A stretch of DNA of 64,000 nt from Mobula hypostoma. Lineage: Eukaryota. Numbering within the stretch: the first letter of the stretch is position 1; each line of letters opens with the position of its first letter. Positions 12,330 to 27,255 of this stretch are shown here, piece by piece. The position numbers were made by a program, and so were the translations under genes. A model generated the notes under the pieces. It was not told the DNA's origin and did no database searches. It saw nothing but the letters and a program-made list of their open reading frames with translations. The DNA lies in assembly GCF_963921235.1 (NCBI RefSeq), contig NC_086097.1, forward strand, positions 177,322,001-177,386,000, in the 5' to 3' direction.

Positions 12330-14200
12330 CTGGGACTACTGATGATGCCTATGACCGCCATTCAACCTTGGAAAGAACTCCCTTTGCCTCCATGTGATCC
12401 AGCTCACTGACTACTTTATGATATGAGAAACCAGACGGGCTTTGTTAAACTTGAGTGTGGTATTTTCATTTAACACTATTTTACCTTCAATAATTTCCAA
12501 TGTCATCGTTGAACACTGCTGTAACTTTGTCCAGGACCTTTCTTACTTCAATTTCAATTGAATCCATTGCAGGGGATGTGACATACAAATGGTGAATGGA
12601 TCTCCAATCAAGTTGTAATTGCCTCAGCCAATCACAGCCCTACAATGCTGGCCCTCCTGTTTTTACCATATCCAAGCCCAATGTGGTTTATTGGTTGTTG
12701 AATATCACTGTTATGAATGTTATTCTCACAGGAGTTATCTTTTCTCCAGTATAAATTCGTAGTTGGATATCTGCAGGCTTCAATTCCATATCTTTGAAAT
12801 GCCACTCAAACTCATTTTGTTGAATGATTGAAATAGCCAAGCCAGTGTCCAATTCCATTTTAACTCATTTGCCGTTCACTTCTGGTGTAAGCTATATTGC
12901 TTATCTGGTGTTAGTTTCCACACTGTAAACCTCAGTGCTACTCAGTACTGTGTCACTCTGATCACTATCAACAGCCTGCAGATTAGTGCTCTTTCTGAAA
13001 CTGAATTTTGATCTTTTTTTTCTTTCCTGTGCAATCCATTTTTTTTTTGTCTGCCCAACATGCTTTTTGTATGTGTCCTACTTTGTTGCATTTTCTGCAA
13101 GGTTCACCATTAATCCTGCTTTGGCGAGGTGTATGTGAGCTCCCTGCCACAACAGTAACACAATTTGTCAGCAGATTTCTGTTCAGATGCTGCAATTTTT
13201 TTCACACTCACTTTTATTCCTGACTGCAACTCAATTATGTCTCTGGATGCTATTTCCATTGTACAGCGATTACAACTGCTCTTTTAAATGTGAATTGTGC
13301 TTCAATTATGAGCCATTTTTGAACATTTTCTTGGAAGGTTTCCCCAACTAAACAATCTCTCAATGTATCATTAAGCCCATTGCTAAACTGACAATGCTCA
13401 GACAACCTCTTCAATTTAGCCTCATGAGTTCAAATGGACCTCCAGTTGTTTTTAATTCCATTTAAAAGCATTCTGCATTTAACAAAGATTCCATTTCTAA
13501 ATATTCCTGCATTACTTTCATGATAGCAGCAAATCTTATTCTGGATAGTTGGTTGGAGCTGTCAAACTTTTAAATAAGCTGTATGCTTTTCTACCTATTG
13601 CACTCTGCAAAAGTTGCACTCATTTCTTATTAGCTATTTCACTTACTTCAAAATACTGCTCAATTCATTCAGTATACATCAGCCAGTTATCTTCTGTGCA
13701 ATCAAACATGTCCCTTGTTCTGATGTAGCCAGCCATTTCTGCTTTTTTAAAAGATATATTATGATTATGAACCCATTAATTTCATCTGTTTTCTGCCCTT
13801 TTTAACTTGATCGTCTTTCTTCCCTTGTGAAAAACAGATGCTTCACTTTTTTTTTACAACTCTAATGTCTCTTTCTCCCCTTCCAAAGAAAAAAAGTGGT
13901 GTTTCTTTTAAAAACTCGAACATCTTGCTGCACTTCAACAGGTAGGTAGTCATCTCCGGTTCAATTTAAAACTTTCTCATCACCACTGTTGTTTTTTAGC
14001 TCCAAAAACTAATTTAACAAAAAACGCAGGAGTCCAGCACCCTAGTGAGGTCTGTACTTATGACCTGGTGGTGTAATGATGTATGCCATTCATGTACTTT
14101 TATACACAACCTGTAATAAATTATTTAAGCAAGCAAAAAATTCTTAAACAATATATTTACAATATTACTCAAATATTACTGAAATATTAAATACACAACA
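12330..14200 (-). mobile_element. Degraded Ty3/Gypsy LTR retrotransposon: 5' LTR, PBS, gag and protease
   Basis: LTR 13987-14200 is bounded by TGTTG...CAACA and followed on the minus strand by a PBS-like GTGGTGATGAG. Zinc knuckle CRKCNKVGHIQKAC at ~13060-13102. Aspartic protease motif MELDTG at ~12840-12858. Many stops and frameshifts. Confidence 0.85.
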
Positions 14201-17200
14201 GGGAGATCATATAGAGGTGTACAATATTATGAGGGGTGTTGATAGGGTAAGTGCATGAAGACTAGAACTAGAGGCCAGTAGTTTAGGGTGAAAGGTGAAA
14301 TCTTTATTAGGGATCATCTTCACAGAGGATGGTGTGAATGAGGAACGAGCTGCCAACAGAGGTGGTGGCTGTGAGTTTATTTGTAACACTTTAGAGAAGT
14401 TTCGATAGGTACTGGATGAAAGGGGAATGGAGGGCTATGGTCTGGGTGCAGGTTGATGGGACTAGACAGAAGACCAGGTCATCATGGACTAGGCGGACTG
14501 GAGTGCCTGTTTCTGTACTTTAGTGTTCTGTGACTCTATGACAAACCAACCTCCCCTCCATGAACTCACCTACACTTCCCACTAACTAGGGGAAGCAGCC
14601 AACATAATCAAGGACCCTTTCCACCCTGGTCATTTCTTCTTCTCCCATCTTCAGTCAGACAGAAAATGCAAAAGCCTGAAAGCACTTGCTACCAGACTCT
14701 TAAATGGACCTCTTATATGATAAAGATTAACCTTGACCTCGCAGTATACGTTGTCGTAGCTCTTGCACTTTACTCAGCTTGCTGCATTACATATTTTCTG
14801 TAACTATAGCACTGTATATGTCAGTGATAATAAACCAGGTTCAGATTCTGATTCTGATATTCGGAATTCTGCACTGTTTTCCTTTTGTACAACCTCGATC
14901 TGCTTACGTACGGTATGGCATTTCACTGCATCTCGGTACATACAAAAATAGCAGACCAAAAAAATTAAATGAAGGTATCAGCGGTTTAATTGAACAAAGT
15001 AAATTACCATTAGTGTGTAGGTGAGAAGTAGAATCTGGGGGATTTGATAAGAATGTAGGGGGAATAAAATGGGATTAGTGTAGGATTAGTGGAAATTGCT
15101 GCTCAGTGGTTAGCATGGACATGATGGGCCAAAGAGCCTGTTCCTGCTGTATAGCTCTATGACTTTAAAAGTTAAGATCATTGCAAATCCAGTGTAAAAG
15201 CCCAATCCCTATCTCTTCTTGTCCCTAGCAGCTTACACTAAGGACCACACAGATAGACCATCATCAGAGAAGTAAGACCCATTGTTGGATTATAACAAAA
15301 TTCAAATTGAATTTGGTTTATTACTGCCACATGTACGGAGTTGGAATGAAAAATTACATGTAATTCGTACAGATAATTTCATTACAACAGTGCATTGAGG
15401 TTGTACAATGGGAAAAAATAACTGAATGCAGAATAAAGTGTTGCAGTTACAGAGAACACGCAAATAATAAGGTTCAAGGTCGCAAGTCAATCTCGTCATA
15501 CTAGGGGACCATTCGGTGGTCTTACAAAAGTGGGATAGAAGCTGTCCTTGAGTCAGGTGATAGGTGCTTTCAGGCTTTTGTGTCTTCTGCTCAATGGGAG
15601 AGGGAGAACTGAGAATGTCCGGGATGAGTGGGTCTTTGATTATGCTGATTGTTTTACCGAGGCACTGAGAGGTCCTTGGAAGAGAGGCTGGTTTCAATGA
15701 CATGCTGAGCTGTATCCATAACTCTCTGCAGTTCCTTGTATACCCAGGCAGAGCAGTTGTCATACCAAGCCATGATGCATCCAGATATGATGCTTTCTAT
15801 GCTGCATCAATAAAAAATGGTAGGAGTCAAAGGGGATATACAAAATTTCTTTAGCCTCCTAAGGGATGTGATCATGATGTGATGGGTATCAGTATGTGCT
15901 ACACATTTCAGACTCTCTGTGAACTCTTCCTGTTCCACTGAGCAGAATATTCCCCGGATCTTATCCCCTGAGCTCCGGATTCACTCTGGTGATCAAATCC
16001 TCCTGCAATCAAAACAATTGCAAAGTTATATTTAGTGCAATGGGTTGGTTTGCTTGTTAATGAAATAATTTGAAGAATGAAATGATACTGTAACATTTGC
16101 ATGCCTGTATGTTACATTAGTTCCTAATTATAATTAAATCCTGGGCTTGCTAAGCTTTTGTAAAATAGAGAATTATTTTGTAAAGAAAATTACTTCATTA
16201 CTTTTATGATGTTGAAATTACCTTAAATGGAGATAAACATTGGGAGTGTAGAAAGCATGACATGATAATTGGATGGAACACACAGCAGAGAGATTTTGTT
16301 CCCTCTGCACTGTGTTCGGTATATTTCCTCCCCACCAGCTTCTTTCCATCTTTCTGCACCTTCTCATTACTCCCATCCGGGAGGAGGTACAGGAGCCGGA
16401 AAACCCACACTCAGTGATTTAGGAACAGCTTCTTCACCTCTGCCATCAGATTTCCAAAGGGTCCATGAAGCCACAAACACTAACTTGTTATTTCTTTATT
16501 TTTGCACTGCTTACTTATTTCATAATTTATAGTAATTTTATGATTTTATGCCTTTGATCTGTACTGCTGCTGCAAAACAACAAATTTCGCATCATATAAA
16601 CACTGATGATGAGCCTAATTCTGATATTGATTCTGAAAGTGCAAGAGCCATGAGAAAATAGATTGGAGGATCAAGAGTCAAAGTCAAATTTATTGTCATC
16701 TGCACAAGTACATCTCTGCACAGGTGCAATGAAAAAAATACTTGCAGTAGCATCAGAGGCACAGAGCATTAAAGCGAAAACATCCACAAGAAAAACATCA
16801 ATCAAAGATAAATTATATAACATCATGCCAGAAAGAACACAATTAGAACAAAAAAGAAATCCATTGCTGTGCAAAATGGATGTAGTTTTCCACTACTGAG
16901 GTAGTGGTCGGGGATATGCAGGTTAGTTTAGGAAGCAAATGGTTGAAGGGAATCAGCTGTTCTTGAAATTATTGTTGTGGGTCTTCTGGCGCAATGGTAG
17001 CTGCAAGAAGATGACATGGCCCGAACGGTAGGGATCTTTGATAGTAGATGTTCCTTCTTGAGGCAGTACCTACTGCAGGTACTACAGATGGTGGAGACAG
17101 ATAAGCCTGTGATATATTGGGCTGAGTCCACTACTCTCTACAACTTCTTACACTCTTGTGTGGTTGATTTTCCATACCAGACATAAACAAGGGAATTGTC

Positions 17201-19970
17201 TTCACTCAGAGGTGGTAAATCTCTACAGGTTTACTCACTGATGGCATTTAAATCAGAGAGCAACAGATTTCTGGATGTTAATCCTGACTTCATTAACCCT
17301 GATGAAGTATTGTCTCAGACCAGGCTTATATGCTGGTCTCAGTCCAAAATGTCAATTGTTTATTTCTCTCCATAGATGCTGCCTGTCCTGATGAGTTCTT
17401 CCAGTATTTTGTGTTTGTTGCTCACAATTTGTGCCTTGGAATCCAGCCATTATTCTGATCAGTAAGACAAAAGAGCTGATTGTGGACTTCAGGAAGGGTA
17501 AGACAAAGGAACTCATACCAATCTTCATAGAGGGATTAGAAGTGGAGAGAGTGAGCAGTTTCAAGTTCCTGGGTGTCAAGATCTCTGAGGACCTAACTTG
17601 GTCCCGACATATCGATGCAGCTATAAAGAAGGCAAGGCAGTGACAATATTTCATTAGGAGTTTGAAGAGATATGGTACGTTAACAAAAACACTCAAAATC
17701 TTCTGTAGATGTACTGTGGAGAGCTTTCTGACAGGCTGCATCACTGTCTGGTATTGTGGGGGGTGGGGGGGTGCTGGTGTCTCAGAAAGGCAGCGTCCAT
17801 TATTAAGGACCTCCAGCACCCAGGGCATGCCCTTTTCTCACTGTTATCATCAGGCAGGAGGTACAGAAGCCTGAAGACACACACTTAGCGAATCAGGAAC
17901 AGCTTCTTCCCCTCTGCTACCCGATTCCTAAATGGACGTTGAACCTGTGAACTCTACCTCACTTTTTTAATACATATTATTTCTGTTTTGCACAATTTTT
18001 TATCTATTCAATCTACTGTACTTTTTTTTCTTCCATATTATGTATTGCATTGAACTGCAGCTGCTAAGTTAACAAATTTCACGACACATGCCGGTGATAA
18101 TAAACCTGATTCTGGTAAAGGACGGAATCAGAATCAGTTTTCATTATTGACTTTATTTATTTATTTATTTAACAGTCAGCAAGGTAACAGGTCCCTCCAG
18201 CCCAACAACCCTAGTTTGTTTTTCTCTCCTCAGACGCTGCCTGACCTGTGAGTGTTTCCAGCAATTTCTGCTTTCATTTCAAAGGGTTGTAAGATTGGAG
18301 GAGGTCACAGAGATATGGAGGAAGTTGATTGGAACAGGGGTTCGGATTTAGTTAGAACTATGTGGATTTGTTAAATTGGTAAACTAGTTTATTATTGTCA
18401 TATGTACTAAGGTACATTGAAAAACTTTGATATATGTCATCTACAGGTCACTTCACCAGATCATTTCATCACATCAGTGCATCATGGTAGAATAAGAGAA
18501 AAGCAATAACAGAGTTCTGAATAAAGAGTTCGAGTTACAGAAGAAGTACAATGCAGGCAGGCAAAATGGTGCAAGGCTTTGTCAAGGTAGTTGTGAGGTC
18601 AGGAGCCCGTATTAACATACTAAAGAAACATTCACTAGTCTTATACCACCAGGATAGAAGCTGTCCTTGAGACTGGTTGCACGTGCTTTCAGGCTTTTGT
18701 ATTTTACACAGGAGGCGGGGAGAAGAGAGAATGGAAAATGAAGCAATGTTGGACAAGAGCCAATCACAGGGGAAATGAGTGAAGACGACTCGATATGTTT
18801 TCCGGAAAGAGACAGCAAATTTTTTGGTAAGTTTGCAAGGCAACATAAATATGGCTCAACTTTGTCCCAGAAAAAATGATCGGACCTTAAGCATGTTGGC
18901 CCATTAGACACAATTGCAGCACATCTACTTATCTTATTAGATCATAAAGTAAGATAAGAATTTTGATTCATTGCCACAGTACAGCTGCAATGGAATAAGT
19001 AAACTTGCAGAAATGGCAGTCTTAATATTTCAAAGGCCATTTTCCACTTGCTTCTGAATCTGCGAAACTACCTCTGACAGCCTGCATATCTGTTCCATTG
19101 TGCCTGATTTTATTACAGTATATGGATTCTAAGCTTGTCAGCAGGATCTTCAGCTGCAGACTGTTGCAACAACTGATCACTGTGATTAGAATGTAGTTTT
19201 GACTGCAAAATATTTCATTAGGAATGGTGCTTCCTTCCGTGGTCTGCTCTTGTATGTTAGAAGTCAATTATGGGGAAATATTCTGCAATACATATTTCAT
19301 TTTTCTTTAGAACAAAGGAGTTTGGACTGTAGGAGAATGAGGGCTGATCTTAATGAGGTGAGTCAAATCATGAGGGTCATAAATAGGGTGAAGGCACACA
19401 GCCTTTTTCCCAGTGTTGGCAAATCAGAAACTAGAGGGCCTGATGGGAGAGATCTAATAGGATCCTCAATGGTTACTTTTTTACCCAGCATGGTCAGTGT
19501 ATAGGATGAATTATGAGTAAGTGGCTGAAGCAGGTATATTAACAACTTTTAAATGACATTTTGATAGTAATAGGAAAGATTTAGAGGGACGTAGGACAAA
19601 TGCAGGCAAATGGGACCAGCTTAGATGTCTGCCTTGGTTAGCATGGACCAGCTCAGCCAAAGGGCCTGTTTCTGCACTGTATGACCCTATTGCTCTGTGA
19701 CTCTAGGTCATTTCCACCCATCCAGTTTATGCTGACTCACTAATAAACCTACTCTCCCACCAACCTATTCATGCTAGTTCCCCCTGGGTTTTATCCATCG
19801 CCTACAAACAAGGGGCAGTTTACAGTGGCCATTTACCTACTAACCTGCACACCTAGGGATATGGGAGGAAATCAGAGCACTAGGCAAAAACTCACACAGC
19901 CACAGGGAAAAGGTGCAAACTCCATATAGGCAGCAGCTGAGGTTGAAGTTGATAACTGGTAGCCTGTCAC
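14201..19970. mobile_element. Mosaic of old LINE/SINE fragments: CR1 3' ends (14201-14540, 19320-19705), Rex1/Babar (14545-14855+, 15300-15865-, 16350-16635+, 16675-17185-, 17455-18113+, 18370-18735-), V-SINE pieces (15000-15165, 19790-19965), Penelope-like end (17295-17440)
   Basis: Recurrent RT C-terminal motifs (KTKELIVDFR, FKFLGV, PSGRRYRSLK) and characteristic tails. Boundaries are approximate, and short unassigned gaps lie between fragments. Confidence 0.7.
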
Positions 19971-20192
19971 TATTGGGGCAATATTACTGAGAACTTTTAG
20001 CAAGCGAACTTTTATTTTTGTAGAGGTGACTTGATAAAGGTGTAGTAGATGATAAGAGGCATAGATATAGTAGACAGCTGGAGAATGCCTCCAGGGTGGA
20101 ATTGGCTAATACAAGGGGTCATCATTTTAAAGAGATTGGAAGAAGATATAGGGGGAATATCAGAGGCAGGATTTTACACAGCATGGCAGGTA

Positions 20193-21642
<1,450 letters not shown>

Positions 21643-23821
21643 TATGTCCTCCTCACTGACAAAGGTGGTGGTAGATGAAGATATGTTAGAGGGATTTAAG
21701 AGATTTAAGATAGCACATGCATGAAAGAAAAATGGAGGTCTATGTGGAAGGGAAGGGTTAGATTTATATTAGAGGGGGTTAAAAGTTCAGCTCAACATCA
21801 TGTGCTGTATTGTTCTATATTCTACATTCTAAGTTTTTCACTGTACCTCAGTACATGCAACAATAATAAATTCATTTAACAATTTTATAATGTTATTCCA
21901 TTCATTAACATTAACAAATCACCAGTTACAAACTTAAAGTAAATAGTTTGTGGACAAATTTTAACTAACTTGTATGCATGGCATGCAGGTTCTGAACCAT
22001 AACCATCCCCTTTCTAAGCTCTTAACTCATGTGCTTAAAATGGAGAAGTATTGAAAATATCCTGACTATAGAAACATGAGTAGGTTATTTGATTAAATCA
22101 CAATCGATTGAAAGCTAATTGGAGCCAATCCATCATGGAACGAAGGTTGACCAAACGAGTGTCAAAACATAGAGAAACCACACATCATATGAATAATGCA
22201 TTGGCACAAGAGGTGTGTCAGCTGTGGTTCAATATTAAAATATTTCCTTTAGGTTGCAAGAAAATGAGTTTAGATCATTTTCAACAAGTACACAGAGAGG
22301 AAAGGTTTAAAACGTTATGGTTAAGCACAGGCAAATGGCACTAACTTGATGTGCATCTTGGTCATCATGAACCAATTGTGCTGAAGGGCTTATGAATCTC
22401 CAGAGGCTGAGTACAAATCTCTGGGCTGATGCACCCTGTGCAGTGTTGACTTGGAACCTCATGTCATATAATTCAGTGATAATAAAGCAGATTCTAATTC
22501 ACTGTTGACGGTTCATCAGTTGAATAAGACATTAACCTGAGACTTCCAGGTTCTTCCAGGTAAACACAAAACCTCTTGTCTCCTCTATCCCCTCTCCCAC
22601 CATCTGTTCAATAACTTGACTCCCCAGTTTTAGAGTCATAGAAAAGTACAGCATAGAAACAAGCCTTTCAGCCCAATTAATATGAGCCAAGCAATTTAAA
22701 CTGCCTATTCCCACCGACCTACTTGAACCATTGTCCTCTATACCCCTCCCATCCATGTAGCTATCCAATTTTGTTCCATTTCCATTCCATTCTACTCTAG
22801 TCCCCTCCCCATCACCCATTTTTGTCCCCTTCCCCCTTCTGACCCCATTCACCTATGATCCACACTTCTCACCCACCTGATTCCATCTGCCATACACTTT
22901 TCCCTTAATAGTTCCTATTATTACCTCCTTGTCAGATTCCAGCACTGGGAATTTTTTACTTTCCCATTTATCCCCTCCAATATTGATCTCCAAATTCATC
23001 AATCCCTCCCCCCACCTCGCTCCATCTGCCCATTCTTTGTTCTTTGTCATATACAATGACATCAAGTACAGCTTCTATCCCACTAATTTAAATTGTCCCC
23101 TTGTATGATAAGACGGACTCTTGATCTCACAATCTACCTCTTTGTGATCCTGTGCCTCACACTCTACCTCATTGTGATCTTGCACCTTATTGTTTGCCTG
23201 GACTTTCTCTGTAACTGAAGCTCTTTATTCTGCATTCTGTTATTGTTTTACCGTGGTCTATCTCAATGTACAGATGTACGGAAATGATCTGCATGGACAA
23301 TATGCAAGACAGGTTTTTCATATGTAACAACAATAATTGGTTTATTGATAATCAATTACCATTTAGGGATGGACAATAAATGCTGACAATGTCAATGATG
23401 TCCACATTTGATGAATAAATAAATTAAAATTTCCCCAGTAAGTGGTAATCAAACAGGATAGACTCTGGGTTTGTGGTCAAATTAGCTGCTCTAGGTCAAA
23501 ATGTCATCTCAATACTCATTAATGTTACAGTAAACTCTGTTAATTTGACATGCTTGTGATTGAATTCATCCAGTAGTTTGTTTCTAGCTGCTGACAAGTT
23601 CTTACGTTCGTTCCTTTATCTATACCATTCTTGTCACACCTAATCTGTTGAAATAAATCCTGGTGCACAAAGTGCTTCCAAACTCCTGTGGTAACTAACA
23701 CATAAATACAATTGCGTTACATTCTGTACAGCTAAGGGCATAAAAACCCTTGATCAGGTACAGGAGTTGAGGTTTAAAAGTTCAAAATAAATTGATTATA
23801 TGTTGTAACGTGCATATATGT

Positions 23822-26550
23822 TGTTGTAACGTGAACAAGGTCACCAGAGAGAGACTGAAGCTTGTGGATATAGAAGAGTTTTGTTCATCAAAATGAGACA
23901 TTCTCTAAGGAAGAGGCCTGTTCCACTCAACACTACACAAGATTTTATAAGCTAATGATCAAAGGACAATTCTATAGTTATAATGTATCTACAACACTTC
24001 CTTTGAACTATATATAATTTTCACACCTCCTTCTTTGCTCACACACTCCATACACGCAAATTGTATGTTAATCAGCATTGTCTGGTTTTCAATTAACTGG
24101 TGTCCACAGCTCCAGGAAACTTGTCCAGTGCTGCATTTTAAATTTAATCTACAATCCAAATTCAGCCCTGAAGATTGGTTGCTGTTGTTAATATTTGCAA
24201 AATTACCCTAACTCCAGAATACACCCTGAATGACCCTCTTCTTGACCCTCCTTGACAAAAATAAAATTGTTCCAGGAAAGGCCAACCTTAAGGAGGATCA
24301 AATAGGGCAGCAAAAATGCTCTATACCTTGGAATCCCTTCCCCAATTACTCTATGTGCGTCTACATCTAAGCTATCATCCTAATGGCTACCTACAAGTCT
24401 CTAAGCAGAGATTGTTCCAGAAATCAGACCAACACTTTAAAATGCAGCTGTCATTCGTATTCCTGTTGCCTTCTTCCCTGTTGTCCGATTGCAGTTTAAT
24501 CACATTCTTTATCTTCACCCCTTCAATTTCTGATAGCTAAAACTCTGCAATGGCTATCAGTGGTTACTCTCTGGTCAGGGGAACCAGTAAGGTAAATGTA
24601 TCAGGCTCACAGGCCTTCTCATCGATGTACAGGAGGGGATGGAGTGATCTCTGTTTGAGTGACTGCAAGGACCTCTCCCCCGTGGCACACCCTCACGGAT
24701 TGTCCATTTGATCGCTGGGCCAACCACCAATAGGGCCCAGCCCACTCATTTGTATTCACTCTCGATTCAGGCTAGGGACTGCTTTCAGGCGCTGCATATA
24801 CTTTCTTTTCTTCCTCAGTCTGCCCTGCCATCAAAGCTGTGAAATTTGATGTTTCTGGTGTAATTCAGGTCCCTTCCCAGCTATTGTTCCCAAATGTTTT
24901 TCTATACTGAGCTGTACAACTAATCATCTGCCTTGAGCAACCAGGCTTCATTACAGAGTACAGTGACTGTTATACTTTAACATACTATTCACAGTTTGCT
25001 GTTGCATTCTGCCTTCACATTTGCTGTGGGTCTGTTTCCATCAGCTACGGTCAGGTCTGATGCAACCAGCTGATGTTCATCACTTGGGTTCTCTGCAATG
25101 ACACTGTTACCAGGTACATTTGATCTCTTGCTCTGCCTGTGAGGGTGACAAGAAGGTGGGTCGTACGGTTTAATCTGAGTCCAATGTTCCCACCGGGACT
25201 GTACACCAACACAGGCGTCATTCGTCCCCAGCACCACTTGTGGTTCTATCCACCTGGGAGCGAAACCAGCTCCCTTACCACGACCTGGTCACCTGGCTGT
25301 AGGAGGACAACCTTCTCTCCCTCGGACTCTCTCTGATCTGCAATATGTCATTGCTGCTTTGCTCCATCCCTCAATGTGTTACCCTGGTTACAGCGGTCCT
25401 TCGCATCTCCATGTAATCCTACTAAATTAGCATTTGTAGTTACTTCCTGTACACTTGTAATTCCTGTTGCTTCTTGTACTTCCGCTGCCCTCCTCACACT
25501 GATGTCTGTCCACTCGGTCCCTTTCTGCTCCTTACTATCCCCTTTCTGATGAGCCTTTACTTTAATCACTGCTCCCTCCTCAGGCAGCTGCACGACTTCC
25601 AACAGCTCCTGGCTGTGCTTGGCCCCTCTCCTGACATGATTCCCACACATTGCCCTGTCTCCCCTCTCTGTTTGGGGCTCTGTCTCTCTGTGGGCCATGT
25701 TAGATGCTTTGTGGGTCACTGTCCCTGTCTTGGCCATGTGATTTCTTCTTTCCCTGGGTCTATGATTGCACCTGCCTTACTCAGTGTGCCTATCCCAGGA
25801 TAGTACCTTCATTGTTTGGACACACCCAAAAATCTACAGGAAGCTGCATTAAGAAAATGCCCTGCTTCTCTCCGGTGGTGAATGGCTTATGGATGGGTGT
25901 AATCAAGATCAAGGACTGGTTCAGGTCATCAGAGTTGTCAAACTAACATTGCCTGACCTCAATCGGTACCATCCAAACAAACATATCTGGGTATAACTTC
26001 TCCCTCAAATACCTCCACACTATTTCCCACACTATGCAAAATATAAATGATGAATAAAAATAAAACAGTACATACTTAAAACCACAGAGCATGTACTCTG
26101 CAACCTACCACTTAAATGCCACTGAACTCATGGTGCCTGCTGCATTCCTTTGCATTTAAAACTGTTACATCAAGGTTACAGACACACACTCGCAAACACA
26201 TCTGCCAAAATACAGTTCCTGGAATGAATATACACGCACACCACTGGCATCCTGAACAGCTGGTAACCACCCTTCGCAACGAGTGTCCCCATCTCACCAA
26301 ACTAACACACAAAGCTTTAGTCTCTTACATAAGCACATAGGCACACACGCAAACCACACTACTTTTATATCTACTAGTTCAGCTCTCCACCACATTCATA
26401 ATAACTTGTGATCCCGTATTCAGCGACCCGAACAGATGCAAGTGTGAGTGGTGTTAATTTTGAAAGTACTCATCCACTTAGTCTGCTAAGATAGCCCGTA
26501 GAGTGTGGGAACATTCCTGATGGAGCAAGTGAATTTGAGTGAAGTTATCT
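23822..26550 (-). mobile_element. Internally deleted endogenous retrovirus: leader, protease, RNase H and integrase fragments, degraded env-position region, 3' LTR
   Basis: RNase H LLEVVQLPEEGAVIKVKAHQKGDSKEQKGTEWTD at ~25480-25620. Protease-end-like VDFWVCP...LSKAGAIID at ~25760-25840. Integrase C-terminus LQPGDQVVVR...VLGTNDACVGVQSRWEHWTQIK at ~25165-25305. LTR ~23822-24223 has TG...CA ends, TATAAAA (23944-23950, minus), a decayed polyA signal and an adjacent purine-rich tract. Confidence 0.72.
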
Positions 26551-26869
26551 CCCTGGTTCAAGAGCCTGATGGTTGTGGGTAATAACTGCTCCTGACCCTG
26601 GTGGTGTGCGTTCTGGAGCTTCTCTATCTTCTTCCCAGTGGTGGCAGTGAGAAGAGAGCATGATCTGGATGCTTGTTACATTCTCTTTAACTTCTTTGCA
26701 GGTGCTGTACTGTTTTTAATTACTTAAAATATTAATGGGGATTATGATGTAGGAGCCATTTGGCCTATTGAGCCTATTTCGGCTAACAGAGAAATCCTAT
26801 TCCACCGCAGTTTCCTTTGATCAATTCACTCCACATTCCCACCAACCCTCCCTCAAGATTCTAACCTTT

Positions 26870-27050
26870 ACTTACTCACTAGAGACAGTTAACCTACCAA
26901 CCCAGCTTTACAATGTGGGAGGAAAGCTGAGCAAATAGAGGAACCCACATGGCCTCAGGGAGAATGTGCGAAGTCCACACAGACAACACCCGAGCTCAGG
27001 GTTGAACCTCGGTCTAGGGAGCAGCGAGGCAGCAGCGTCACCATGCCATG
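26870..27050 (-). mobile_element. V-SINE
   Basis: TGTGGGAGGAAAGCTGAGCA...GGGAGAATGTGCGAAGTCCACACAGAC...GGGTTGAACC is the reverse V-domain plus B-box. Confidence 0.75.
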
Positions 27051-27255
27051 CTCTGTGGAGTGACTGTCCTTAAACAATTTTAAATATATAATGATCTCTT
27101 AATTGTATTGTTTCTGAATAGTAACAACATTCAGAAACATTTCAAAAGCAATCCTTAGCTTTGATTCACAGCCAAGCTCATGGGTAGAGCTTTGTCATTG
27201 TTCAAAGGTGAATCTAGTTTGCACCAACCCAACCCATTTATGTTTTCCAATTATG

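Noticed and set aside
19022..19267. 81-aa minus-strand ORF in non-repeat sequence
   Set aside because: Non-ATG start, no recognisable domain and no convincing flanking splice sites.
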